Assembly (NCBI RefSeq): GCF_000015025.1
Contig: NC_008578.1
Coordinates: 1,020,001-1,052,000, forward strand
Origin: Acidothermus cellulolyticus 11B
GTDB taxonomy: Bacteria > Actinomycetota > Actinomycetes > Acidothermales > Acidothermaceae
DNA: 32,000 nt
Direction: 5' to 3'
Shown: positions 17,942-25,229 of the stretch, piece after piece
How positions within the stretch are numbered: position 1 is the first letter of the stretch
Layout of the letters: each line of letters begins with the position of its first letter
Made by a program: the position numbers and the translations under genes
Notes under the pieces: generated by a model
The model's database searches: none
What the model was told of the DNA's origin: nothing
Seen by the model: the letters and a program-made list of their open reading frames with translations, nothing else

Positions 17942-18469
17942 TCACGTCACCCTTCTGCCGGTGAGTAAGCTCCGCCCGATGCCGGCAACCATGAAGATCA
18001 CGTCGTCGCTGTCAGCGGCCAACCGGGCATTCAGCTCGCCGAGCAGGTCGCGGAAGATCCGACCCGACGGGTACGGCGGCACGACACCACAGCCGACCTC
18101 ATTGCTCACCGCGACGACAACGCCGCGGCACGCTCCCCACGCGGCGGCCAGTTCGTCCATCCGCTCGGCGGCCCTCGACGGCGTCTCGTCCAGGACCCGG
18201 GCGAGCCAGACCGTCAGGCAGTCCACCAGAGCAGCCTGGTCAGGCTGCAGGTCCGCCAAGATGTCAGCCACCGCCGTCGTCTCGATGGTCGTCCAGGACG
18301 CCGGCCGGCGTCGGCGGTGGTCTGCGATCCGAGCCGACCACTCCGGGTCGGTGCCGTCGTCCGCCGCGGTCGCGACGTACTGGACGTGGCTCCGGTCGGC
18401 GAGCAACCGCTCGGCGTACCGGGACTTGCCGGACCGCACCCCGCCGAGAACGAGGACCCGTCGGCTCAT
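17942..18469 (-). CDS. cobU: Bifunctional adenosylcobinamide kinase / adenosylcobinamide-phosphate guanylyltransferase
   Basis: P-loop VLVLGGVRSGKSRYAE, YVATA and VVAVSNEVGCGVVP are present. I trimmed the 350-aa ORF to the ATG at 18469, which overlaps the upstream stop as ATGA. An alternative ATG is at 18478. Confidence 0.9.
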   Translation of the reverse strand: MSRRVLVLGGVRSGKSRYAERLLADRSHVQYVATAADDGTDPEWSARIADHRRRRPASWTTIETTAVADILADLQPDQAALVDCLTVWLARVLDETPSRAAERMDELAAAWGACRGVVVAVSNEVGCGVVPPYPSGRIFRDLLGELNARLAADSDDVIFMVAGIGRSLLTGRRVT

Positions 18470-19467
18470 GGTCCGCATTCTCGGCCTGCCTCCGGCGCCG
18501 ACCCTGCCGGCCGGCGCGCGTCGGGAGGGAACGGCGTGCCGGGCTCCGGTCCGTTGCCGGGGAACGAGGTGACGGGCTCCGGCCGGTCGGCGGGGAGCGG
18601 GGTGACGCTGACCGTCGCGTCGAACGCCGCCCGCCGAGCTGCTCGTCGCAGCGCTGCGAGCACCGGGCGGCCGGCGACCGCGACCAGCAGGGCGTTGGCC
18701 GCGGCCCGTGGGATGTCGAAGCCGAGCGACGTGGCGACGTAGAACGCCATGAAGTGGCGCAGCTCGGTCAGCGGATCCGCGCCCGGAACATAGCTGATCC
18801 CTGCAGCAAGTCCGGTGGTCTGCAGCGGCCAGAACCACAGGTCCATGACCGCGCCGTACGCCAGACCGGCGCATGCGCCGTATCCGGCGAGCATGGCGAT
18901 CTCCGGCCATCTCCCGTGCCACCGCCGCGGCACCGGCAGGCATCCCGCTCCGAGCCCCACCCAGCCGGCAGCGATCATCTGGAAGGGCAGCCACGGCCCG
19001 ACCCCGCCGGTGAGCAGTGCGCTTGCGAACAACGTCAGGACGCCGAGGCAGAATCCGAATCCGGCGCCGAGCGCCCGGCCCGCCGGCATCAGGAGGAAGA
19101 ACACCGGCGACGCACCGGTGATCTCACCGCCGAACGGCCGCAACGCCGCACCGCACCCGGCGAGCACCCCGAGGATGGCGATTGCCTTGGCATCCAGCCG
19201 CCCGTCGGCGAACTCGGCTAGCACGACCGCCAGCACGGCGGGCAGTACGGTCAGGAAGATCCACGGCGCGTCACCGGCATGCGCGGCATTGGGGGAGGCG
19301 TGCGGCGGGGTCGCCGCGAGGAACGGCCAGCCGAACGCCAGGACACCGACTGCGCTCGCCAGCAGGAGGGCGACGGCTGACCGGGGGCGCAACGCCAGGG
19401 GCCGCCGCGCTCGGCGCCGCAGCGGCACGCGCCGTGCTCGGTTCCGCAGCAGGACGGTCTGGATCAT
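18466..19467 (-). CDS. ECF transporter substrate-specific (S) component, candidate corrinoid-specific, with Pro-rich cytoplasmic tail
   Basis: There are about 6-7 hydrophobic helices after a basic N-terminus. The gene sits directly after EcfT and EcfA. The ATG at 19467 overlaps the ATPase stop as ATGA (19464-19467). Specificity is inferred from the riboswitch and cobUTS context only. Confidence 0.72.
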   Translation of the reverse strand: MIQTVLLRNRARRVPLRRRARRPLALRPRSAVALLLASAVGVLAFGWPFLAATPPHASPNAAHAGDAPWIFLTVLPAVLAVVLAEFADGRLDAKAIAILGVLAGCGAALRPFGGEITGASPVFFLLMPAGRALGAGFGFCLGVLTLFASALLTGGVGPWLPFQMIAAGWVGLGAGCLPVPRRWHGRWPEIAMLAGYGACAGLAYGAVMDLWFWPLQTTGLAAGISYVPGADPLTELRHFMAFYVATSLGFDIPRAAANALLVAVAGRPVLAALRRAARRAAFDATVSVTPLPADRPEPVTSFPGNGPEPGTPFPPDARRPAGSAPEAGRECGP

Positions 19468-21107
19468 CGGCTGCCTGCCAACGCTGCGGCGACGTCCGCC
19501 ACCGTTAGCCACGGCAGCGGGTGGAGAATGCGGGCCACCTGCGGAGCGAACGCTGGTGTCGCGGTGACCACGCTCGCGGTCGGGCCGTCCGCCACGACCT
19601 CACCCTCCGCGAGGACGACCGTGCGGGTCGCCACCTCCGCGGCGAGTTCGACGTCGTGGGTCGCCAGCAGGATCGCCGTCCCGGAGCGGGCGAGGGTTCG
19701 GAGGAGGGCGGCGAGCCGTGCCTTCGCGGTGTAGTCAAGACCCCGGGTCGGCTCGTCGAGGGCGAGGACCCGCGGCCGCCGGGACAGGACCACCGCCAAG
19801 GCGACGGCGAGTTGTTCACCCTCGGACAGGTCGCGCGGATGGCGGTGTGGCTCGATGTCAGGGGCGATGGTCTGGAGGGTGGACAGGCCGTCGGGGAGGT
19901 CGGCCAGCTCCCCGGCGACGGTGTCGGCATAGAACAGATCGCTCGGTTCATGCGGGACGAAGCCCACGCACCGCACGAGCCCGCCCGCCGACAGTCGGTG
20001 TGGTGCTGCGCCGCAGACTCGGACGTCCCCGCGCCACGGCACCGCAAGCCCGGCGATGTGCGCGAGGAGCGTGGTTTTCCCGGCGCCGTTCCGGCCCATC
20101 ACCGCGACAATCTCACCGGCGTCCACCTGAATCGTGACGTCACGGAGCGCCGGTCTCCCGTCATATCCGGCGGTCAGTCTCCGGACGTCGACCACCGGAT
20201 CAGGGGTGGGTCGTCCCAACCCGTCGTGATGAGCGGTCGGTTCGGAGCGTGCGGCCGGCGACCGGTGGGTGCCGTTCGCCGCAGCCGCGGTCAGGGTGGC
20301 GAGGCGATCGCGAAGCTGTTCGGCGTGTCGTCGGGCGTCCCGGATCGAGAGGGGCACCGGATGCCATCCGGCGAGCCGGGCCAGGTGGACGACCGGCGGG
20401 GCCAGCGGGGAGACGGCCATCGCCGCGGCCGGCGATTCGGCGACGACGCGGCCGTCACCGGGCAGGAGCAGGATGCGGTCGGCGTACTGAACGATCCGTT
20501 CCAACCGGTGCTCGGCCACCAGCACGGTCATCCCGAGGTCGTGCACCAGCCGGGTGAGGACGGCCAGCACCTCTTCGGCTGCCGGCGGGTCCAGCGCCGA
20601 CGTCGGCTCGTCGAGGACGAGAATCCGCGGCCCCGCCGTGAGCACGGCGCCGATGGCGACGCGTTGCTGCTCGCCGCCGGAAAGGTCGCCGAGCCGGCGG
20701 GACCGCAGCGCGGAGAGGTCCAGGAGATCGAGGATGTCTTCCACCCGACGGCGCATCGTGGCCGGCGGCACACCTAGCCACTCCATGGCGTAGGCGAGCT
20801 CGTCCTCGACCGTGTCGGTGACGAAACCGGCCGCCGGGTCCTGGCCGACGTAACCGACGATGTCGGCGAGCTCGCGGGGCGGGTGATCCCTGGTGTCCCG
20901 CCCTGCGACGATCACTCGGCCGGCGAGGTGCCCACCGGTGAAGTGCGGGACGAGACCGTTGACCGCACGCAGCAGCGTCGACTTGCCCGACCCCGTGCCG
21001 CCGACCACCAGGGTGAGCTCTCCCTCGGGGATCGCGAGAGTGACGCCGTCGAGGACCGGCCGGTCGGTCTCCGGGTACCGGAACGTCACTCGATCGAAGG
21101 TGATCAC
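19464..21107 (-). CDS. Fused ECF-type ABC ATPase (EcfA1-EcfA2, two nucleotide-binding domains)
   Basis: NBD1 has GGTGSGKST, LSGGEQQRVAIG and ILVLDEPT. NBD2 has GRNGAGKTT, LSEGEQLAVALA and VLALDEPT. The GTG at 21107 overlaps the EcfT stop as GTGA. The 693-aa ORF in the track is a 5' over-extension. Confidence 0.93.
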   Translation of the reverse strand: MITFDRVTFRYPETDRPVLDGVTLAIPEGELTLVVGGTGSGKSTLLRAVNGLVPHFTGGHLAGRVIVAGRDTRDHPPRELADIVGYVGQDPAAGFVTDTVEDELAYAMEWLGVPPATMRRRVEDILDLLDLSALRSRRLGDLSGGEQQRVAIGAVLTAGPRILVLDEPTSALDPPAAEEVLAVLTRLVHDLGMTVLVAEHRLERIVQYADRILLLPGDGRVVAESPAAAMAVSPLAPPVVHLARLAGWHPVPLSIRDARRHAEQLRDRLATLTAAAANGTHRSPAARSEPTAHHDGLGRPTPDPVVDVRRLTAGYDGRPALRDVTIQVDAGEIVAVMGRNGAGKTTLLAHIAGLAVPWRGDVRVCGAAPHRLSAGGLVRCVGFVPHEPSDLFYADTVAGELADLPDGLSTLQTIAPDIEPHRHPRDLSEGEQLAVALAVVLSRRPRVLALDEPTRGLDYTAKARLAALLRTLARSGTAILLATHDVELAAEVATRTVVLAEGEVVADGPTASVVTATPAFAPQVARILHPLPWLTVADVAAALAGSR

Positions 21108-22282
21108 TTGCCCTCCCGGCTGGGCCGGCCGGTCCGTGCACGAGTGCGGCGCATGTCCGGCGTCGTATGCGCGATTACGACGGGGATCGCCGCGGCCAGA
21201 ATGCCGGCCACGGCGATCCCTGGCGTCGCCGGCAGCACCGGCGGATATCCCGTCGGGTTGAGCGCGGCTGCGTCGATGTGACCGGCGCTGATCACACCAG
21301 CGGCGGCTGCGGAGCCGGCCGCCGCCACGATCCAGGAGGCTGGGGTCCACTGGGGCGGCCGGTAGCGGGTGCGGACGGCGTCGGCCCGTCCGGCGAGCAC
21401 GGCGAGGGCGGCGAGGAGCGCACCGCCGGCGGCCAGCGGAAGTCCGACGCCGCCCGGGGTGCCTGGCGTGAGGAGGGCGTACGACGCGGCGGCCGTAGCG
21501 AGCAGGCCCACGACAAGGCCGGCGGTGACAAGCCGCCGCCGCCACCGCGGCGCGGATCCCCGCCGGCCAAAGCCGCGGGCGTCCATCGCTGCGGCCAAGT
21601 TGATCGATCGCTCGAGTGCACCATGCAGGACAGGCAGCGCCGAACGGACCCAGCTGACCAACCCGCGGTCCGGTTCGCCGCGCAAGCGTCGGGCCCGCCG
21701 GACTCGGCGGGCGGCCGTCGCAAGTTCCGGGGCCACTGACAGGGCGACGGCGACGGCTACGCCCATCTCATAGAGCGCGGCCGGCAGCAGCCGCAGCAGC
21801 GACCGCGGATCGGCGATCGCCACAGCGGCACCGATCGCGAGGATCAGCGCGGCGAACTGGAGTGCGCCGTACAACGCGTTGAGCAGCGCCTCGACGGTGA
21901 CCGGCCCGCCGATGTGCAGGCCGACGAGGAAATCGGGCACGGGCACCTGCGGGAGCGCCACGACGACATGCCCGGGGAGGCCTGACGTGAAGATCACGGC
22001 TAGCGCCATGCGGAGTGCGACGACAACCGTCGCCAGGCGGAGGAAGAACCCGAAGAGCCGGGTGTGGGCCCGTACGGCGGCGACATATCCGGTGACCGCG
22101 AGGATGAGGCTGAGCAGGATCGGATTGGTGGTGCGGCTGGCCGCTACCGCGAGCCCGGTTGCCCAGATCCACCACGCCCCGGGGTGGAGCCCGTCACGCG
22201 GTTGGGTGACCGGCCCGGTTCGTTCGGCACGTTTGCGGTTGGCGGCGGTGACGCCGGCTCGGCCCGGTGCGACCGTGCTCAT
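21104..22282 (-). CDS. ecfT: Energy-coupling factor transporter transmembrane protein EcfT
   Basis: This is a polytopic membrane protein with the EcfT coupling-helix motif AAAMDARGFG and an Arg-rich loop RRVRRARRLRGEP. The ATG at 22282 overlaps the upstream stop as ATGA (22279-22282). Confidence 0.85.
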   Translation of the reverse strand: MSTVAPGRAGVTAANRKRAERTGPVTQPRDGLHPGAWWIWATGLAVAASRTTNPILLSLILAVTGYVAAVRAHTRLFGFFLRLATVVVALRMALAVIFTSGLPGHVVVALPQVPVPDFLVGLHIGGPVTVEALLNALYGALQFAALILAIGAAVAIADPRSLLRLLPAALYEMGVAVAVALSVAPELATAARRVRRARRLRGEPDRGLVSWVRSALPVLHGALERSINLAAAMDARGFGRRGSAPRWRRRLVTAGLVVGLLATAAASYALLTPGTPGGVGLPLAAGGALLAALAVLAGRADAVRTRYRPPQWTPASWIVAAAGSAAAAGVISAGHIDAAALNPTGYPPVLPATPGIAVAGILAAAIPVVIAHTTPDMRRTRARTGRPSREGK

Positions 22283-23223
22283 CGGTTGCCTCGCCGACGA
22301 TTGATCGCCGTCCATGCCCCAGCCGAGCCGAGGAGGACGGCGGCTGCTCCCGCGATCACGGTTGCCGGGTCCACGCCGCCGGTATGCGCTGTCGCTGGAT
22401 GTGCCGCCGTGGTCGGGACCGACGGTGTGGTACTCGGGTCGCTGGTTGCCGACGGCTGCGCGCCGCCGGAGGCTCCTGTCGCCGGCAGGGCCTCGCTCGG
22501 GGTGCTCTGCTGCGGCCGGCTGCCCTCGGTCGGCGGCGCGGTTGCCGCCGGCACGGTCGATGCAGCCGTCCCAGTGCTCGGCGTCCGACTTGGTGGGGCG
22601 GCGGACGCCGACGCCGACGCCGATGTCGTACCGGCCGCGACTGGCGACCGGCTGACCGAGACCGCGGGTGCGCATTCGCTGCGAGGGTATCCGTCGATGC
22701 CGCAGATGAGCCCGGAGGAACCGATCCGTACGTTGTCCTGGCCCACGGCGGCGACGAGGACGTCGGCGCCGGTCTGCCCCTGCCGTACCGTGACGCATTT
22801 CGTGATCACACGTGCCGGAGGGGTCTCCCCGGGCGGGGCATCCGACGGCGTCCCGAAGTCGATGACGATGCCGACGGAGATGAGGTCCGGCGCGGTCGGC
22901 GATGGGCAGATCAGCTGACTCGGGGGGACGCGGGGCGTCAGCGGGGTGTCGACCGCGCCTTGGACGCCGAAGCGCCAGCCCTGCACCTCGCCGTTGACGG
23001 GATGCTCGGCGGCCGGCCCGCGCTGGGCGTACACCCACCTGCCGTTCTCGGCGAGGTAGTACGCCCAGTACCGGTAGGCGGTGTCCGCCCGGACCGGACC
23101 GGCGGTGCCGACGACGGCCGCTGCCGCGGCCCCGCCGAGGCTTGCCAGTGTCCAGAGCGCGAGGGCCACCGCCGCCCTGGCGGAGCGGCGGCGGCCGGCT
23201 TCGCGTCCTGGACCCGTCATCAC
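22279..23223 (-). CDS. Secreted, C-terminally membrane-anchored protein (SCO2322-family-like, function unknown)
   Basis: The signal-like N-terminus is RRRSARAAVALALWTLASLGGAAAA. A small globular N-domain follows (YRYWAYYLAENGRWVYAQRGPAAEHPVNGEVQGWRF), then a Cys-containing middle domain, a long Ser/Thr/Pro/Ala linker, and a C-terminal TM helix with RRRGNR. The start overlaps the upstream stop (GTGATG at 23218-23223). The family name is from memory of PGAP annotations. Confidence 0.7.
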   Translation of the reverse strand: MMTGPGREAGRRRSARAAVALALWTLASLGGAAAAAVVGTAGPVRADTAYRYWAYYLAENGRWVYAQRGPAAEHPVNGEVQGWRFGVQGAVDTPLTPRVPPSQLICPSPTAPDLISVGIVIDFGTPSDAPPGETPPARVITKCVTVRQGQTGADVLVAAVGQDNVRIGSSGLICGIDGYPRSECAPAVSVSRSPVAAGTTSASASASAAPPSRTPSTGTAASTVPAATAPPTEGSRPQQSTPSEALPATGASGGAQPSATSDPSTTPSVPTTAAHPATAHTGGVDPATVIAGAAAVLLGSAGAWTAINRRRGNR

Positions 23224-24467
23224 GAGCGGCTGCGGCGTGGGCGACGAGCGCTGAGGACGAGCGCGGTTCCCAATGCGAGCAGCACCACCCCGGCTGCGGC
23301 GACCGGCAGGTCGACGCGCGAACCGGTCATCGGCAGGGTCGCCGGGGTTGCGGTCGGCCGCGGGGTCGCCGAGGCACTGGCGCTCGGGGTTGGGGTCGCT
23401 GTCGCTGGGGCTGATCGTTCGGTGGCGAGCAGGGCAGCGACGAGGTCAACGCCGCCGAAGTTCCGCGGGTTGGTACCCGTTGCGGCGGCGACGAGGAGCA
23501 GGGTGCCGACCGCTCCGGGCGACGTCGTGCCGTTGCTGGTGATGTAGCTCCGCGCGTTCGTCTGCAGGGCGGCAAGCCCCTCCTGGACTGCGGCTGCCCC
23601 CTGCCCGGCGGCGATCAAGTCCAGGAGGGCGTTCGCGGTGGTCGTCCAGTCGGTGCCGCTGCCGAACGCGGACGGGATCGCGCCGTGCGTGGCCGTGAGC
23701 CGGTTCGCGAGATAGCCGATGGCGTCGGCTGCCGCGGTCGCGGCGTCGGTGCTCGGGACACACGCCGGTACGGCGGCGGCCGGGGTAGCGGCCGGGACCG
23801 GAAGCGCCTTGCCGAGGAGGCCCAAGACGGCCTGGACCGTCGCGTAGTCATTGGCCGCCAGCGGGGTCTCCGGCTGGTAGTCGAAGGCACCAGCGCCGCT
23901 CCCCGCCGTACAAGGAACCTGTATCGAGCGGAGGAAGTCGATGCCGTTCTTGCCGTTCTTCGTGATTGACGTGGGGTCGATGCCGGCCGCAGCGAAGGTA
24001 CTGAGGGCGAGTCCCGTCGAGTTGGCGTCTGAAGCCGGCGTGCCGAAGGCGGCGCTCGCATAGAACCCACCGTCGGCGAGCTGGAAGTTGGCGAGCGCAT
24101 GGGCGGCCGCTGTTCCGGCAGCGGTCTTGCCGGCTGCGATGAGGGCCATTGCGGCGAGCGCGGTTGCGTTGGAGTCTTCCTTGCTCGTCTGGCACGGCAC
24201 GGTCGGGTCGGGTCGGTACGCGGTGAAGGCGCCGTCCGCGCACTGCTGGCCGAGCAGCCAGTCGATGGCGGCCGCATCCGGGTGTTGGCCGGCGGCGATG
24301 AGTCCGAGGACGGCGAGACCCTGCCGGTAGACGCCGTCGTACGTCGGGTCCGCCGAGCCGAAGAGGCCCGTGTCGGACGATGCGGCGGTGGCAGGGGCGG
24401 TGACAGCAAGCGGGGCGATCGCGGCCAGGACAGCTGCGACGCCGGCACGGCGAAGCGTACGGATCAT
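23220..24467 (-). CDS. Cell-wall-anchored (LPXTG) prenyltransferase/squalene-oxidase-repeat (alpha/alpha toroid) protein
   Basis: The signal peptide is MIRTLRRAGVAAVLAAIAPLAVTAPATAAS. Repeated toroid-type repeats are present (QQCADGAFTAY, FQLADGGFYAS, GAGAFDYQ). The C-terminal sorting signal is LPMTG plus a hydrophobic helix plus RRPRRSRS. The ATG at 24467 is preceded by GGAGAGGA. Confidence 0.8.
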   Translation of the reverse strand: MIRTLRRAGVAAVLAAIAPLAVTAPATAASSDTGLFGSADPTYDGVYRQGLAVLGLIAAGQHPDAAAIDWLLGQQCADGAFTAYRPDPTVPCQTSKEDSNATALAAMALIAAGKTAAGTAAAHALANFQLADGGFYASAAFGTPASDANSTGLALSTFAAAGIDPTSITKNGKNGIDFLRSIQVPCTAGSGAGAFDYQPETPLAANDYATVQAVLGLLGKALPVPAATPAAAVPACVPSTDAATAAADAIGYLANRLTATHGAIPSAFGSGTDWTTTANALLDLIAAGQGAAAVQEGLAALQTNARSYITSNGTTSPGAVGTLLLVAAATGTNPRNFGGVDLVAALLATERSAPATATPTPSASASATPRPTATPATLPMTGSRVDLPVAAAGVVLLALGTALVLSARRPRRSRS

Positions 24468-24518
24468 GTAATCCTCTCCGGTTCTGGCTGCGAGGCCGGT
24501 CCCGGAGATGAGACCCGG

Positions 24519-24548
24519 AGATAACGAACCCCACGCGTTCGCGTGGGG
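24519..24548 (-). terminator. Riboswitch expression-platform hairpin (candidate intrinsic terminator)
   Basis: The minus strand reads CCCCACGC-GAAC-GCGTGGGG, an 8-bp perfect stem, followed by TTCGTTATCT. It lies between the aptamer and the SD of the first gene. Confidence 0.5.
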
Positions 24549-24606
24549 CTGCTCCGGGTGTTCCCGGCTCCGCCCCGCAGACCACGACGGTTGTCAGGAG
24601 CCTCTC

Positions 24607-24707
24607 CGCGCCCGGCAGGTACTCCGGCTCGCCGCGGACAGCGCCGCGGCCTACGGTTGCGGGTCAGCGCCGGACTTTGACCGGCTTCCCCTGCACGTTC
24701 GGGCGCG
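24607..24707 (-). promoter_or_regulatory. Cobalamin (AdoCbl) riboswitch aptamer, compact form
   Basis: The minus strand reads CGCGCCCG-AAC-GTGCAGGGGAAGCCGGTCAAAGTCCGGCGCTGACCCGCAACCGTAGGCCGCGGCGCTGTCCGCGGCGAGCCGGAGTACCTGC-CGGGCGCG. P1 is 8 bp (24707-24700 with 24614-24607). The conserved GGGAAGCCGGT.AAA.TCCGGCGC.GACCCGCAACCGTA core is present. A B12-box-like GAGCCGGAGTACCTGCC lies at 24630-24614. Confidence 0.85.
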
Positions 24708-24931
24708 TATGAAGGTGTTGCCGCGTTGAGCAAATCACGCCGACCCTCGGCGGGTCAACGCGGGGTCGGCAGGTTGCGCCGGGTGCGACATCGGCCGGCG
24801 GTTCCAGGCAGCCCGACAGGAGCCTGAGGTGCACAGGTACGCCGCAGCGCGAGCCCCACGGTGGGGGCCGGCCGGTGCGCTGCAGCCTCGGGTCGCACGT
24901 AACCGACGCCCTGCCAGTAAGGTGATCGTCC

Positions 24932-25138
24932 GTGGAGTGGGTCTGGCGTTACGCCGACGCGCGGGGCGAACCGGTCGGAGATCCGCCGATGTCAGCAGAG
25001 TTCGCCAGCCAGTCGGACGCCGAAAGCTGGCTGGGGGAGGAGTGGCGGAACCTGTTGGCCGCCGGGGTGGCACAGGTCACCTTGCTGTACGACGGCGAGG
25101 TCGTCTACGGGCCGATGAGCCTGGAACCTCCCCCCTGA
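24932..25138 (+). CDS. Small hypothetical protein (68 aa)
   Basis: The GTG start is preceded by AAGGTGA at a spacing of about 6 nt. There is a strong G/C third-position bias, and the sequence looks globular and acidic (EWVWRYADARGEPVG...AESWLGEEWRNLLAAGVAQVTLLYDGEVVYGPMSL). It runs divergent from the riboswitch operon. Confidence 0.55.
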   Translation: MEWVWRYADARGEPVGDPPMSAEFASQSDAESWLGEEWRNLLAAGVAQVTLLYDGEVVYGPMSLEPPP

Positions 25139-25229
25139 CAGCACCGCCTGGTATGCGCCCGCGCCGCTCTCGCCGCGCTGGGCTGCTGGTATGCCGCCGC
25201 CGCGCCCCGCTTGCCAGGGCTGCAGGTCA

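Noticed and set aside
16789-17964. 391-aa + strand ORF (and 16008-16949 +, 313 aa)
   Set aside because: Both are antisense to cobT and cobS, which carry clear family motifs. No motifs are present in the antisense translations.
19521-20777. 418-aa + strand ORF
   Set aside because: It is antisense to the double-NBD ECF ATPase. The minus-strand frame contains two full sets of Walker A, signature and Walker B motifs.
22267-23547. 426-aa + strand ORF
   Set aside because: It is antisense to the SCO2322-like and toroid genes. The sequence is Arg-rich and low-complexity.
23848-24585. 245-aa minus-strand ORF running through the riboswitch leader into the toroid gene
   Set aside because: It is out of frame with the well-supported toroid CDS and covers the riboswitch expression platform. 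The translation is Arg-rich with no motifs.
24732-24758. Promoter for the riboswitch operon (minus-strand TTGACC at 24758-24753)
   Set aside because: The -35-like hexamer is good, but the best downstream -10 candidates (TGATTT / ATTTGC) are poor matches at 15-17 nt spacing. I cannot support a promoter call without TSS data.
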